The notes under the pieces were generated by a model, which was not told the origin of the DNA, did not search any database, and was given only the letters and a program-made list of their open reading frames with translations. A program made the translations under genes and the position numbers. Below, in pieces: positions 1 through 8,278 of a DNA stretch of 64,000 nt. This DNA is from Candidatus Giovannonibacteria bacterium RIFOXYD1_FULL_48_21 (GTDB taxonomy: Bacteria; Patescibacteriota; Minisyncoccia; JACPKW01; UBA11713), in contig MFIU01000004.1 in NCBI GenBank assembly GCA_001778985.1, forward strand, positions 67,067 to 131,066, given 5' to 3'. Position 1 is the stretch's first letter; the number at the start of each line of letters is the position of its first letter.

Positions 1-244
1 GCTGCGATAAAGCGCTTGCGGCGGCAGACTTTTCGGCCGCAGATGAATACGGGTTTCTCAAAACATTTGAAGCTCTGCTGGCCGCTTTTTTACCTGTTGT
101 TTTAGGATGTGCCATTGAATTACTTTTAAACTAATAAAATAGCGGTTACGACTATTCCGCAATTCAAGTTTATCGCATGCCGCCATAGATAGGCTGTGTA
201 TAACTGCTCGGGTTTTGCTCGGTTGAATATGATATACTGACTAT

Positions 245-1699
245 ATGCTTACCCCTCGTCTAAAACAAATAAAGGATTACGTTGCCCATACTCTATCTAA
301 AAAAGGCATGGCGCCAACTGAACGTGAGATTGCTCGCCGGTTTAAGATTTCTCCATCTACTGCTCATGAGCATATAGAAATGTTGCAAGAAAGAGGATAT
401 CTAGAAAAAATCCAAAAGCGTGCGCGGGGTATTAGAATCTTAAAATCACCATCAACCCTTATACGCATCCCACTTCTGGGAACTATTGCTGCTGGGGAGC
501 CAATTCATGTATTTGAGGAACAAAAGGAAACAATTGCGGTACCGCAAAATAAGGTTCCGCGCCAAGGCGAAGTATATGCCTTACAAGTAATCGGGAATAG
601 CATGCTTGATGAAAATATCAAAGATGGAGATACTATTTTAATCAAAAAACAAAGTGTGGCCGAGAACGGGGAAAAAGTGGTCGCGCTTCTCAACGGCAAC
701 GAGGCAACGCTCAAAACTTTTTATAAAGAAAAAGGTCAAATAAGATTACAGCCGGCAAATAAGAATTATCAGCCAATTATAGTAAAGAGAGGTCAAGATT
801 TTTCTCTACAAGGAATTTTGTTTGATGTAATAAAAACTAGTGAAACAATCCAGCCAACACAAACTTTTGTTTTGCCCCCTGAAAAAGATTTTCAAGAAAG
901 AGGCAATGTTTCTGATTATCTAAATAAGGTTTATAACGGCGATATAATGCATGTTTTGAAAGATTTACCGGACAATAGCGTTAATATGATTTTTGGAGAT
1001 CCTGATTATAATGTCGGCATTAAATACGGAAGCAATAATTATACAAAAAATTTTGATGACTATATAAACTGGTATATAGAACTTACCAAAGAATCAATGC
1101 GCGTTCTCAAAAATGACGGTAATCTTTTTGTGATGAATTATCCGCAACAGAACGCCCACCTCCGTGTTAAGTATTTGGATTTACAATTCCCGCATATTAA
1201 CGAATATGTTTGGGTCTATAATACGAATGTAGGACATACTCCAAAAAGATTTACAACGGCACACCGAAGCATACTACATGTCAGAAAAAATGCTGATAAT
1301 AAATTTTTCAAAGACGAGGTTGCGCTCCCATACAAAAATCTGGCAGACAGAAGAATCCGTCAGAATTTGGCAAATGGATCAAAGGGGAGAATGCCTTATT
1401 CTTGGTTTGAGTTTAATCTTGTAAAAAATGTGAGCAAGGAAAAAACTTATCACGCCTGCCAAATTCCGCAAAAATTAACAGAAATGTTAATTAAAGCGGC
1501 GACCAAGCCAAAAGATATAGTTTTAGTTCTTTTTGGTGGTAGTGGCGCGGAAATAGATGTCTGCAGAAGCTTAAATCGTCAATTTATTTCCGCCGAGATA
1601 GACAAAAAATACTGTGACATTATAAACACTCGCTTGGCAAATGGCTTTATCGCACCAGAGCATAAACTATTTAGAGGACGAAAAAGAATTGAAAATTAA
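245..1699 (+). CDS. LexA-like repressor (winged HTH + S24 peptidase) fused to a beta-class N6/N4 DNA methyltransferase (PF01555-type)
   Basis: The N-terminal ~200 aa align along their whole length with LexA: an HTH domain, the linker '...IAAGEP...' holding the Ala-Gly autocleavage site, the 'GNSM' catalytic Ser motif and 'EATLKTF' holding the catalytic Lys. The C-terminal half carries methyltransferase motif IV-like 'GDPDYNV', then 'HACQIPQKL...DIVLVLFGGSGAEI...FISAEIDKKYCDIINTRL', which matches the PF01555 AdoMet-binding region (F-G-G-S-G). It is a single uninterrupted ORF. Confidence 0.8.
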   Translation: MLTPRLKQIKDYVAHTLSKKGMAPTEREIARRFKISPSTAHEHIEMLQERGYLEKIQKRARGIRILKSPSTLIRIPLLGTIAAGEPIHVFEEQKETIAVPQNKVPRQGEVYALQVIGNSMLDENIKDGDTILIKKQSVAENGEKVVALLNGNEATLKTFYKEKGQIRLQPANKNYQPIIVKRGQDFSLQGILFDVIKTSETIQPTQTFVLPPEKDFQERGNVSDYLNKVYNGDIMHVLKDLPDNSVNMIFGDPDYNVGIKYGSNNYTKNFDDYINWYIELTKESMRVLKNDGNLFVMNYPQQNAHLRVKYLDLQFPHINEYVWVYNTNVGHTPKRFTTAHRSILHVRKNADNKFFKDEVALPYKNLADRRIRQNLANGSKGRMPYSWFEFNLVKNVSKEKTYHACQIPQKLTEMLIKAATKPKDIVLVLFGGSGAEIDVCRSLNRQFISAEIDKKYCDIINTRLANGFIAPEHKLFRGRKRIEN

Positions 1700-2520
1700 C
1701 GAAAGTCAGGCGACAAAAGAGGATAAGTTTCAAAAAGACCCTTGATTTTTGGAAGTGGGGCCATGCCGGAGGGCGGTCGAGCAAACGCACCGGCAAATTT
1801 TGCGAGAGATCGGCGGTTTAATAAAACTGCTACCAGATGAGTGAAAGTTAGCAGGGTATTCACTCGTCCATAATCATGTTGCGCGTTTTCGTGTCCTAGT
1901 GTGTGCATTTTTACATCTTCATTAAGAGCTAAAACATCTAGGAAATATAAAAATACATCAACAGGAACGCCGCCAACTTCGGGAAGGCGTTTTTTAAGCA
2001 CGGCTAAAGATAATTTTGGCGGAATATACCTCCATTTATTTTCTTGATTTCGCTTATGGTCCAACATAAAAGCCATTCGGAATATAAGCATGCCCAAAAG
2101 TTCTAATCCAAACATATCCGCCCGCATAAGATGTTCAATTTGTTCGAATAATGCCCCAAAAGTTAAATCATTACCAACTTTTTTTCCTTTTGTCATTATA
2201 AAAGGGTTCATGTCGTTTTTATTATTCGTAGTTTCTCCTGTTATATAATGTTTCCGTTTGAAATCAGGGGCAGCTTCTTTCCCGGGTTTACCAACGGCAA
2301 TCACAAAATCGCCACTTTTATAAATTTCAGTCATCTTTCTTTTTTCTTGATTTTTACCTTTCGGGAACGCTATTGCTTCTTTCAACATTTCTGCGCGGCG
2401 AGATCTTGCGAATGGACTTAATTTAAGCCCCGCTGTAAGTGCTAACTCCTTATTGATAGCCGAAATATCTTTTTCAGATATGCCCAGCTTCAAATAAAAT
2501 TTCTTTGTTATTGTTTCCAT
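1696..2520 (-). CDS. putative type II restriction endonuclease (PD-(D/E)xK-like), convergent partner of the methyltransferase
   Basis: Its stop codon overlaps the methyltransferase stop by 4 nt (TTAA), tail to tail. It has a candidate catalytic motif 'PVD...x14...EDVK' (PD...DxK) and no similarity I recognise to a housekeeping family. The start is taken at the internal Met ('METITKKF', ATG at 2520), because the longer ORF would run into the tRNA-Ser gene. Confidence 0.35.
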   Translation of the reverse strand: METITKKFYLKLGISEKDISAINKELALTAGLKLSPFARSRRAEMLKEAIAFPKGKNQEKRKMTEIYKSGDFVIAVGKPGKEAAPDFKRKHYITGETTNNKNDMNPFIMTKGKKVGNDLTFGALFEQIEHLMRADMFGLELLGMLIFRMAFMLDHKRNQENKWRYIPPKLSLAVLKKRLPEVGGVPVDVFLYFLDVLALNEDVKMHTLGHENAQHDYGRVNTLLTFTHLVAVLLNRRSLAKFAGAFARPPSGMAPLPKIKGLFETYPLLSPDFR

Positions 2521-2582
2521 ATTATTTGATAAGATACGAGATGTCTTTTTTATAAACCTCTGCAAATTTGCTTTTTCCCAAC

Positions 2583-2671
2583 TGGCGGAGAGGGCGAGAT
2601 TCGAACTCGCGATGGGATTTCTCCCATACTTGCTTTCCAAGCAAGCGCACTAGGCCACTATGCGACCTCTC
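2583..2671 (-). tRNA. tRNA-Ser(GGA), 3' CCA encoded
   Basis: Cloverleaf read by hand: acceptor GGAGAGG/CCTCTCC, anticodon stem CTTGC/GCAAG with loop TTGGAAA, a long variable arm, T-arm GCGAG-TTCGAAT-CTCGC, discriminator G and CCA. Confidence 0.85.
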
Positions 2672-2684
2672 CAATTCTGAAACA

Positions 2685-3356
2685 TTATCTCGAAACGTTC
2701 TTCCTGGCAATAACGGCGACGCGCGAGAGATTCGCCGGAAAATCATCAGCCGTAAGCCGGAGGGTCCGAATATCGCTAAGCCCTGAATCGCGGCAAATCC
2801 GGCGAATTTCGTCCAAAGAATGGGGCTTAAATTTATAGACCATCGCCAAGACCGCGCCAGCCGGATTTCGCCTCACTCCCAAATTCAAAAACATTCCGCC
2901 GGGGCGAAGGAGCGAGGCTAAGCGCGGGATAACGACTTCGACTGGAACGTGCTCCAAGGCGCCGCTGGTAATCACGGCGTCGAAAAAATCAGGCGGGACG
3001 TTGAACGCCTGTTTGGTGTAAAAATCGTCCAAAATTTCCGGCGTATTCAAATCGTTTTGGAAAAGACGCACGTTATCAATTCCCTCTTCTTGAGTGAGAA
3101 GCGCCATCTCGCGGAGCATGCGGCGGTCAATGTCAGAAGCATAAATTTCAATATCTGGAAAACGCTTGGCGAGATAAAGCGCCACGAGTCCAGTGCCGGC
3201 GCCGGCGTCGAGAACCTTGCTTCCTTTTGAAAAAGAAAAATCAACGCGCTCGAGAAAATTTTCCACGCCCCGCTTAAAACCCGTGAGGGTAAGAAAAGCG
3301 TCGTAGACGTTCGCGAGCGAACCATATTGAGAACGAGGAGCGGAGTTTTGGCTCAT
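2685..3356 (-). CDS. class I SAM-dependent methyltransferase
   Basis: Motif I 'VLDAGAGTGLVALYLAKRF' and the spacing of the downstream acidic residue are typical of Rossmann-fold methyltransferases. Confidence 0.7.
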   Translation of the reverse strand: MSQNSAPRSQYGSLANVYDAFLTLTGFKRGVENFLERVDFSFSKGSKVLDAGAGTGLVALYLAKRFPDIEIYASDIDRRMLREMALLTQEEGIDNVRLFQNDLNTPEILDDFYTKQAFNVPPDFFDAVITSGALEHVPVEVVIPRLASLLRPGGMFLNLGVRRNPAGAVLAMVYKFKPHSLDEIRRICRDSGLSDIRTLRLTADDFPANLSRVAVIARKNVSR

Positions 3357-4252
3357 AGCGACATCTCACGCAATCTTTTTACGCGCTCCTTTATCGGCGG
3401 GTGGGTCATAAAAAGTTTCGCGAACCAGCCGACGGTGTTTTTCTTTCCCTGATACGGGTCGTCGAGCCACAAATGGGCTGTGGCGTGATTGGCTTGGCGC
3501 ATCGGAGTATTGTCATGCGCCAGCTTTTCCAAAGCCGAGGCCAGGCCGTCGGGATATCGCGTCAGCAACACCCCGGAAGCGTCAGCCAGAAACTCCCGCT
3601 TTCTCGAAACTGCCAACTGAATTAAAATCCCCGCGATCGGAGCCAAAATCGCGAGAACGATTCCAACCAGAAGAAAAATAGCTGAAGCCTGCCCCTCCCG
3701 GTCATTCCTGCCTCTCCACCAGATTGAGCGCAAAAATATGTCCGAGAGAAGCTGAACCACTCCCACCAGCACCACGACCACGGTCGAAACCAGCATATCG
3801 CGGTTTCCGATGTGGCTCATCTCGTGCGCCAAAACACCCTCGAGCTCGGCGCGGTTCATAATTTTCAAAATGCCGCTAGTAACCGCCACAACCGCGTGCT
3901 CGGGGTCGCGGCCGGTGGCAAAGGCGTTCGGCTGGGGAGAATCAACCAGATAAATTTTTGGCTTGGGAATGCCGGCAGTAATCGCGAGGTTTTCTACAAT
4001 ATTATGAACTTCAGGCGCGGCTGAATTCGGAAGCGGCCGCGCTCCGGTAGTGGCGATGACGATTTTATCCGAGTACCAATACGAGGCGAGGCTCATCAAA
4101 ATGCTCAAACCGAAGGCAAAAATAAAAATAACGGGATTGCCGTAAATTCTTGAGAAAGCCCAGCCCAGAGTGGTTACGATAATCAAAAAAATCGCAATCA
4201 AAAGCCAAGTCTTGCGGATGTTTGAATCCTTATGAGTCCAGATTGTCGCCAT
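3353..4252 (-). CDS. htpX: membrane zinc metalloprotease HtpX (M48 family)
   Basis: N-terminal transmembrane helices, the 'HEMSHIGNRD' HExxH zinc-binding motif, and an arrangement typical of HtpX. Confidence 0.8.
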   Translation of the reverse strand: MATIWTHKDSNIRKTWLLIAIFLIIVTTLGWAFSRIYGNPVIFIFAFGLSILMSLASYWYSDKIVIATTGARPLPNSAAPEVHNIVENLAITAGIPKPKIYLVDSPQPNAFATGRDPEHAVVAVTSGILKIMNRAELEGVLAHEMSHIGNRDMLVSTVVVVLVGVVQLLSDIFLRSIWWRGRNDREGQASAIFLLVGIVLAILAPIAGILIQLAVSRKREFLADASGVLLTRYPDGLASALEKLAHDNTPMRQANHATAHLWLDDPYQGKKNTVGWFAKLFMTHPPIKERVKRLREMSL

Positions 4253-4254
4253 AC

Positions 4255-4815
4255 TTAAAACGAAACTTTGACTGGTTCGCGCTCGGCCGGGGTTTCGTCG
4301 AGGTCGAAAAATTCTTCTTTCTTGAAGCCGAAAGCTCCGGCCACGAGGTTCGAAGGAAAGATTTCGATTTTATTGTTCAGTTCCAGCACATTGGAGTTGA
4401 AAAAACGCCGCGCGGCCTGAATTTTGTTTTCGGTGTCAGAGAGTTCCCGCTGAAGTTCGAGAAAATTCGTATTGGCTTTAAGCTCCGGATAAGCCTCGGC
4501 AATAGCAAAAATGCTTTTGAGCGCTCCGGTCAGCATATTCTCTTTAACCGCCTGCTCATGAGCTGTTCCTCCGCCTTTCAAAGCCTCGGCGCGAGCTTTC
4601 GTAACGTTTTCAAAAGCGGATTGCTCGTGCTTGGCGTAGCCTTTCACGGTCTGAACCAGGTTAGGAATCAAATCATATCTTCGCTTCAATTGAACCTCAA
4701 TGTCTGACCAGGCTTCTTTCGCGCGGTTTTTCAGCGTAATCAGCCGGTTATACGCCAAAATCAGCCAAAGAATAACTACCGCCACCACTCCTAAAATAAT
4801 CCAAAGAGTTGTCAT
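4255..4815 (-). CDS. lemA: LemA family protein
   Basis: N-terminal TM helix followed by the 'AYNRLITLKNRAKEAWSDIEVQLKRRYDLIPNLV' LemA signature. It lies adjacent to htpX, as is common. Confidence 0.75.
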   Translation of the reverse strand: MTTLWIILGVVAVVILWLILAYNRLITLKNRAKEAWSDIEVQLKRRYDLIPNLVQTVKGYAKHEQSAFENVTKARAEALKGGGTAHEQAVKENMLTGALKSIFAIAEAYPELKANTNFLELQRELSDTENKIQAARRFFNSNVLELNNKIEIFPSNLVAGAFGFKKEEFFDLDETPAEREPVKVSF

Positions 4816-4841
4816 CTATTTCATTATACTACAAATCGGAT

Positions 4842-5408
4842 TCAAGCGTAAGTCGGAGGTTTTTCTTGAGCGCCTCTTTGGTGCGCGATGAGGCGCGCCA
4901 GGGCGTATAAAGCGCTCGAAAGCCGGTTCAAATATTTTCGCGCGTTCTCACTAACCGCTGCGGGATTTTTTTCGGCATAGTTAAGCAGAGCGCGCTCGGC
5001 GCGGCGCGCGAGAGCCCGCGCGAAATCGCACCAAGCGCCGAGTTCCACCTCGCCCGCCACCCTAAACTCGGCGACGGGCGGAATCTCTTTTTCAATCGCC
5101 CTGATAAGCGCCTCTAGTTTGCGAACCGCAAATTCCCCCAGATGTTTATCCGCGCCGGCCAATTGGGCCTGCACGATAAAAAGCGCCTCTTGAAACTCGC
5201 GGAAAATTCCTGCCGCCGAAATCACTTTGCCCTCGAGATTGAAAGCGACATCTTTGCTCCGGCTGCGGCATAGGCCCAAGAGAGAATTCAGCTCGTCCAT
5301 CGTTCCCAAAGCTTCAAAAACAGGGTTAGTTTTCGAAAGCCGCTCTCCAGGTTTGGAAGAGAAGAGATTGGTTTCTCCTTTATCTCCCTTCCCGGTGTAG
5401 AGCATCAA
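4842..5408 (-). CDS. pduO: PduO-type ATP:cob(I)alamin adenosyltransferase
   Basis: The N-terminal 'YTGKGDKGETNL' matches the PduO/MMAB 'YTRTGDKGET' signature. The gene sits immediately downstream of a B12-dependent ribonucleotide reductase. Confidence 0.8.
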   Translation of the reverse strand: MMLYTGKGDKGETNLFSSKPGERLSKTNPVFEALGTMDELNSLLGLCRSRSKDVAFNLEGKVISAAGIFREFQEALFIVQAQLAGADKHLGEFAVRKLEALIRAIEKEIPPVAEFRVAGEVELGAWCDFARALARRAERALLNYAEKNPAAVSENARKYLNRLSSALYALARLIAHQRGAQEKPPTYA

Positions 5409-7699
5409 GCCGCGATTTCAATCTCGCACACTCCGGCCACGCAGGCGAGCTCCTGCTTAACGTCGGATTCGTCCTCTTTTTCATAGGTGACTATCTTGGA
5501 AAAATCCAGGTGCGCGACTTTCCGGCTAAGCGCTTCATAGGTTTTTTCGTCAATCGCTTCGTACGGAGCGAGTTGGTAGACATAGTTCGTCCGCGGCAAA
5601 AAGGAAAGTCCGCCGACCAAATCCCAATTTTCGTACACCCAGTTGGCGACGCTAATCCATTCATCGTCTCCGACCGAAATGGTCACGGAAGGATTGTGTT
5701 CGGTGTAATGTTTCTTGACCATTTTCCAGTGCTCCAGCTGTTCGAGCGCGCTCAAGTCGTCGCGGAAGATTCCGCCTTCCGGAGCTTTGACCGGAAATTC
5801 CAGCACATATGTATTCGCGCCGTCTTTCGGCTGTCCCACCTCCGGATGATACGGTATCCCCTGGTCGCGGAGCATTTTGAACAAAGAGTCGGTCGCCGAG
5901 ATGCGCACCCGCCGGACATAGTATTGGGAATGGCGGGGATGCATGCCGGAAGCGGAATCAACCAGCTGGGAAACGGTGCCGGACGGCTTAACGCAGGTAA
6001 TCGTCGCTGAACGCCTGACCCCGAAACGCGTGGCGTATTCTTCGTTCGTCCGGAGCGCCTCGTTTTTCATTTTTTCGAGCATTTCCGGCGTCCGGACGGC
6101 CGGCGAATCCCACTGGCCGGTGATGGAAACGCCCAAGAGCCGGTCCTCTTCGCAATTTTTCTTCCATTCCGGAGAAAGATATTGAAAATCCGTAAGAGTG
6201 GACTGGTAGGTTCCAAGAATAGTGGCGAGCCGCGTCTTTCGCAAAAGCGTTTCTTCGTTGTCTTCCGCCCGGGCGATGATTTCCGTGAGGTTGCAGAACT
6301 GTTTCGGCTTCAAAATAATCTCGCCGCACGGATTCGTTCCCCATTGGATATCTTCATCTTTTACCTTTTCCCAGCGACGAGGCGGCATCGTGTATTGAAG
6401 ATTTTCGCGGTTAAAAATTCCCCGCTCCCCGGAACCGCTTTTGGCCAGCGCCAGCCATTCTTCCATAAATTCTTCGGTCGCGGGCTTTTGGTTGTAGACT
6501 GTGGAATTGTTCGCCAATGACAGCTGGGTGTCGGTGAGATAAAACTGCCCTTTTTTGGCGTCCCTCATTTCAACATCGTCAAGGTCGGAAAGCGAAATAA
6601 GGGCGCTCCGCCTTACGCCGCCGGCGACGACGCATTCGCCGATTTTGCAGATGATGTCGTGCGCGGCGCGGTTGGAAAGCCGCCGGCCTTGATATTTTAA
6701 AATCCGGGCGCGCGTAAATTCCAAAAGCTGGCGCAAAGGTTCGGGTCCGGAACTTTTCCCGCCCATGGTCTTAAGCCTGGCGCCCGCGGGCCGGAGCTTG
6801 GAAAAATCGAACTTGACGTCGTTTCCGTCGTACCAGGTCTGCATTCCGAAAGTCAAGGCGTCGGCCCAGCCCTCGCGGCTGTCCTCAACGACATAATTCA
6901 GAAGCTCTCTGCCGCCCTGCCTTTTGATTTGCGGCAAAGCTTGGATGTTTTGACTTTCCACCGAGAACCCGACCCCTGCCCCGCACATGAGAATATAGAG
7001 AATTTCCGCGAAATCTTGAATGGTTCTGGGCGCAGTGTAAGAACAATTGTAGGCGCAGACGTTAGTTTTTCGCGCCGCCTTGCCCGCGAACTGCATGAGC
7101 CGCATGGAAGGCATCACTTCTTGTTTTAAAATCGCCTCCCGGAGTTCTTCGTATTCCGCCTCCGAGAGCCGGTCCGCCAGGTTCTCTTTCATGAAGTTAA
7201 GGTAACGCCCGACGGTTTCGATCCACGTTTCCCGCCGGCCTTCTTCTTCGATCCAGCGCGCGTAAGAACGGTAGAAAACAAATTCCGAGAGAGGGTTTCT
7301 GAAATATTTTTTGCTTTCGCTAACCAGCTGACGCACATGCTCCGGAACCGCGCCGCGTTCCCGGCGGATTTCAGCCCGCTTTTCGCGGTAAAGAATGTAG
7401 GCCTTGGCCGTCTTCGCGAACCCTTGATAAATAAGTTCTTCTTCCGCCAAATCCTGCACCATCTCGACATGCGGCAGGAAGTCGCCGTTGCGGCTGACTT
7501 TTTTGAGCTTCAAAAGATCTCTATAGACGAGCTCTGAAATTTTATCGGCTTCAGCCTCGCCTGCTTCGCCGGTCGCGTAAAACGCCCGCGCCACCGCCTG
7601 CGTAATTTTTTTAATGTTGAAAGGCGCAATCTGGCCGTCGCGTTTGCGGATTTGGATTAGGGATGGAACCATGATTGCTTTTTTCAGTTCTGGGGGCAT
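5405..7699 (-). CDS. nrdJ: class II (adenosylcobalamin-dependent) ribonucleotide reductase with N-terminal ATP-cone
   Basis: ATP-cone 'IRKRDGQIAPFNIKKI', the ribonucleotide reductase (RNR) active-site 'NPCGEI' and the C-terminal thiol pair. No NrdB or NrdG partner is present and the adjacent pduO supports B12 dependence. Confidence 0.85.
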   Translation of the reverse strand: MPPELKKAIMVPSLIQIRKRDGQIAPFNIKKITQAVARAFYATGEAGEAEADKISELVYRDLLKLKKVSRNGDFLPHVEMVQDLAEEELIYQGFAKTAKAYILYREKRAEIRRERGAVPEHVRQLVSESKKYFRNPLSEFVFYRSYARWIEEEGRRETWIETVGRYLNFMKENLADRLSEAEYEELREAILKQEVMPSMRLMQFAGKAARKTNVCAYNCSYTAPRTIQDFAEILYILMCGAGVGFSVESQNIQALPQIKRQGGRELLNYVVEDSREGWADALTFGMQTWYDGNDVKFDFSKLRPAGARLKTMGGKSSGPEPLRQLLEFTRARILKYQGRRLSNRAAHDIICKIGECVVAGGVRRSALISLSDLDDVEMRDAKKGQFYLTDTQLSLANNSTVYNQKPATEEFMEEWLALAKSGSGERGIFNRENLQYTMPPRRWEKVKDEDIQWGTNPCGEIILKPKQFCNLTEIIARAEDNEETLLRKTRLATILGTYQSTLTDFQYLSPEWKKNCEEDRLLGVSITGQWDSPAVRTPEMLEKMKNEALRTNEEYATRFGVRRSATITCVKPSGTVSQLVDSASGMHPRHSQYYVRRVRISATDSLFKMLRDQGIPYHPEVGQPKDGANTYVLEFPVKAPEGGIFRDDLSALEQLEHWKMVKKHYTEHNPSVTISVGDDEWISVANWVYENWDLVGGLSFLPRTNYVYQLAPYEAIDEKTYEALSRKVAHLDFSKIVTYEKEDESDVKQELACVAGVCEIEIAA

Positions 7700-8211
7700 A
7701 TTTCAAGAGCGGCCTTAGGAGTGGTCACTGATTTTGGATTCGCGGCCACCCAGCGGTAGAGCGCCGGGCTTATGAGCGCGGCAAAAATCGTATTGCCTAA
7801 AAGGTGCCGGGCGGTAAAAGGAATCTGCCCGATAAGCGCCGCCATAAACGGCTGGCCGAAAAAAATAGGGCCGATAGTGAGCCCGGTTAAAGCGTCGTAT
7901 AGTATCGTTCCTCCCACGGCAAAAAGGGAATAATTGAGGGCGGAACTCTCGCGATTCTTGAAAAATAAAGCGGCCAGAATCCCCAGAAGGCCGTAAGCAA
8001 AAGCCGTAACCCATGTCCAGACCCCGATTCCCGAGGTAAAAAGGTCGTAGATGACCATATTAGCGAACGCGAAACAAAAACCCGCCGCCGCCCCGTAGCG
8101 CTTGCTAAAAGGCATCTGAGCCGTAAGCACCGGTTCGATATTGGCGGGACGAAAAGGAATCAAACGCACCAAAAAAACAAGCAGCCATCCAGCAAAAAAC
8201 TTCTTGACCAT
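7684..8211 (-). CDS. small polytopic membrane protein, candidate ECF-type S-component (CbrT-like cobalamin transporter component)
   Basis: 175 aa with about 5-6 hydrophobic helices. It overlaps the nrdJ start by 16 nt. The gene context (membrane protein, then nrdJ, then pduO) resembles the known cbrT-nrdJ-pduO B12 clusters. The family assignment is an inference from context. Confidence 0.4.
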   Translation of the reverse strand: MVKKFFAGWLLVFLVRLIPFRPANIEPVLTAQMPFSKRYGAAAGFCFAFANMVIYDLFTSGIGVWTWVTAFAYGLLGILAALFFKNRESSALNYSLFAVGGTILYDALTGLTIGPIFFGQPFMAALIGQIPFTARHLLGNTIFAALISPALYRWVAANPKSVTTPKAALEICPQN

Positions 8212-8278
8212 GGTAATGATATTTTACCCGTAGAATTTTCCGCCAACAATGGCTTTCCTGTGCAAAACCGCCTCGGGT

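Noticed and set aside
120-244. Searched upstream of the LexA-methyltransferase gene for a LexA/SOS box (CTGT-N8-ACAG, GAAC-N4-GTTC or GTTC-N7-GTTC types). I noted CTGTGTATAACTGC and a TGCTCGG direct repeat.
   Set aside because: No convincing dyad was present. CTGT...CTGC is not palindromic and the TGCTCGG repeats are direct rather than inverted, so I make no operator call.
505-714. Numerous 60-180 aa ORFs in the supplied track lying antisense or out of frame inside large conserved genes. Examples are 505-714 inside the LexA-methyltransferase gene, 8565-9265 inside groEL, 5510-6520 inside nrdJ, 12105-14241 inside uvrA, 25860-29059 inside the surface-protein gene and 62710-63255 inside hisS.
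   Set aside because: They overlap strongly supported genes on the opposite strand or frame, have no start signals, and show the biased low-complexity composition expected of shadow ORFs.
8212-8278. Cobalamin riboswitch upstream of the CbrT-like/nrdJ/pduO block.
   Set aside because: Only 67 nt of intergenic space is available and no B12-box is visible.
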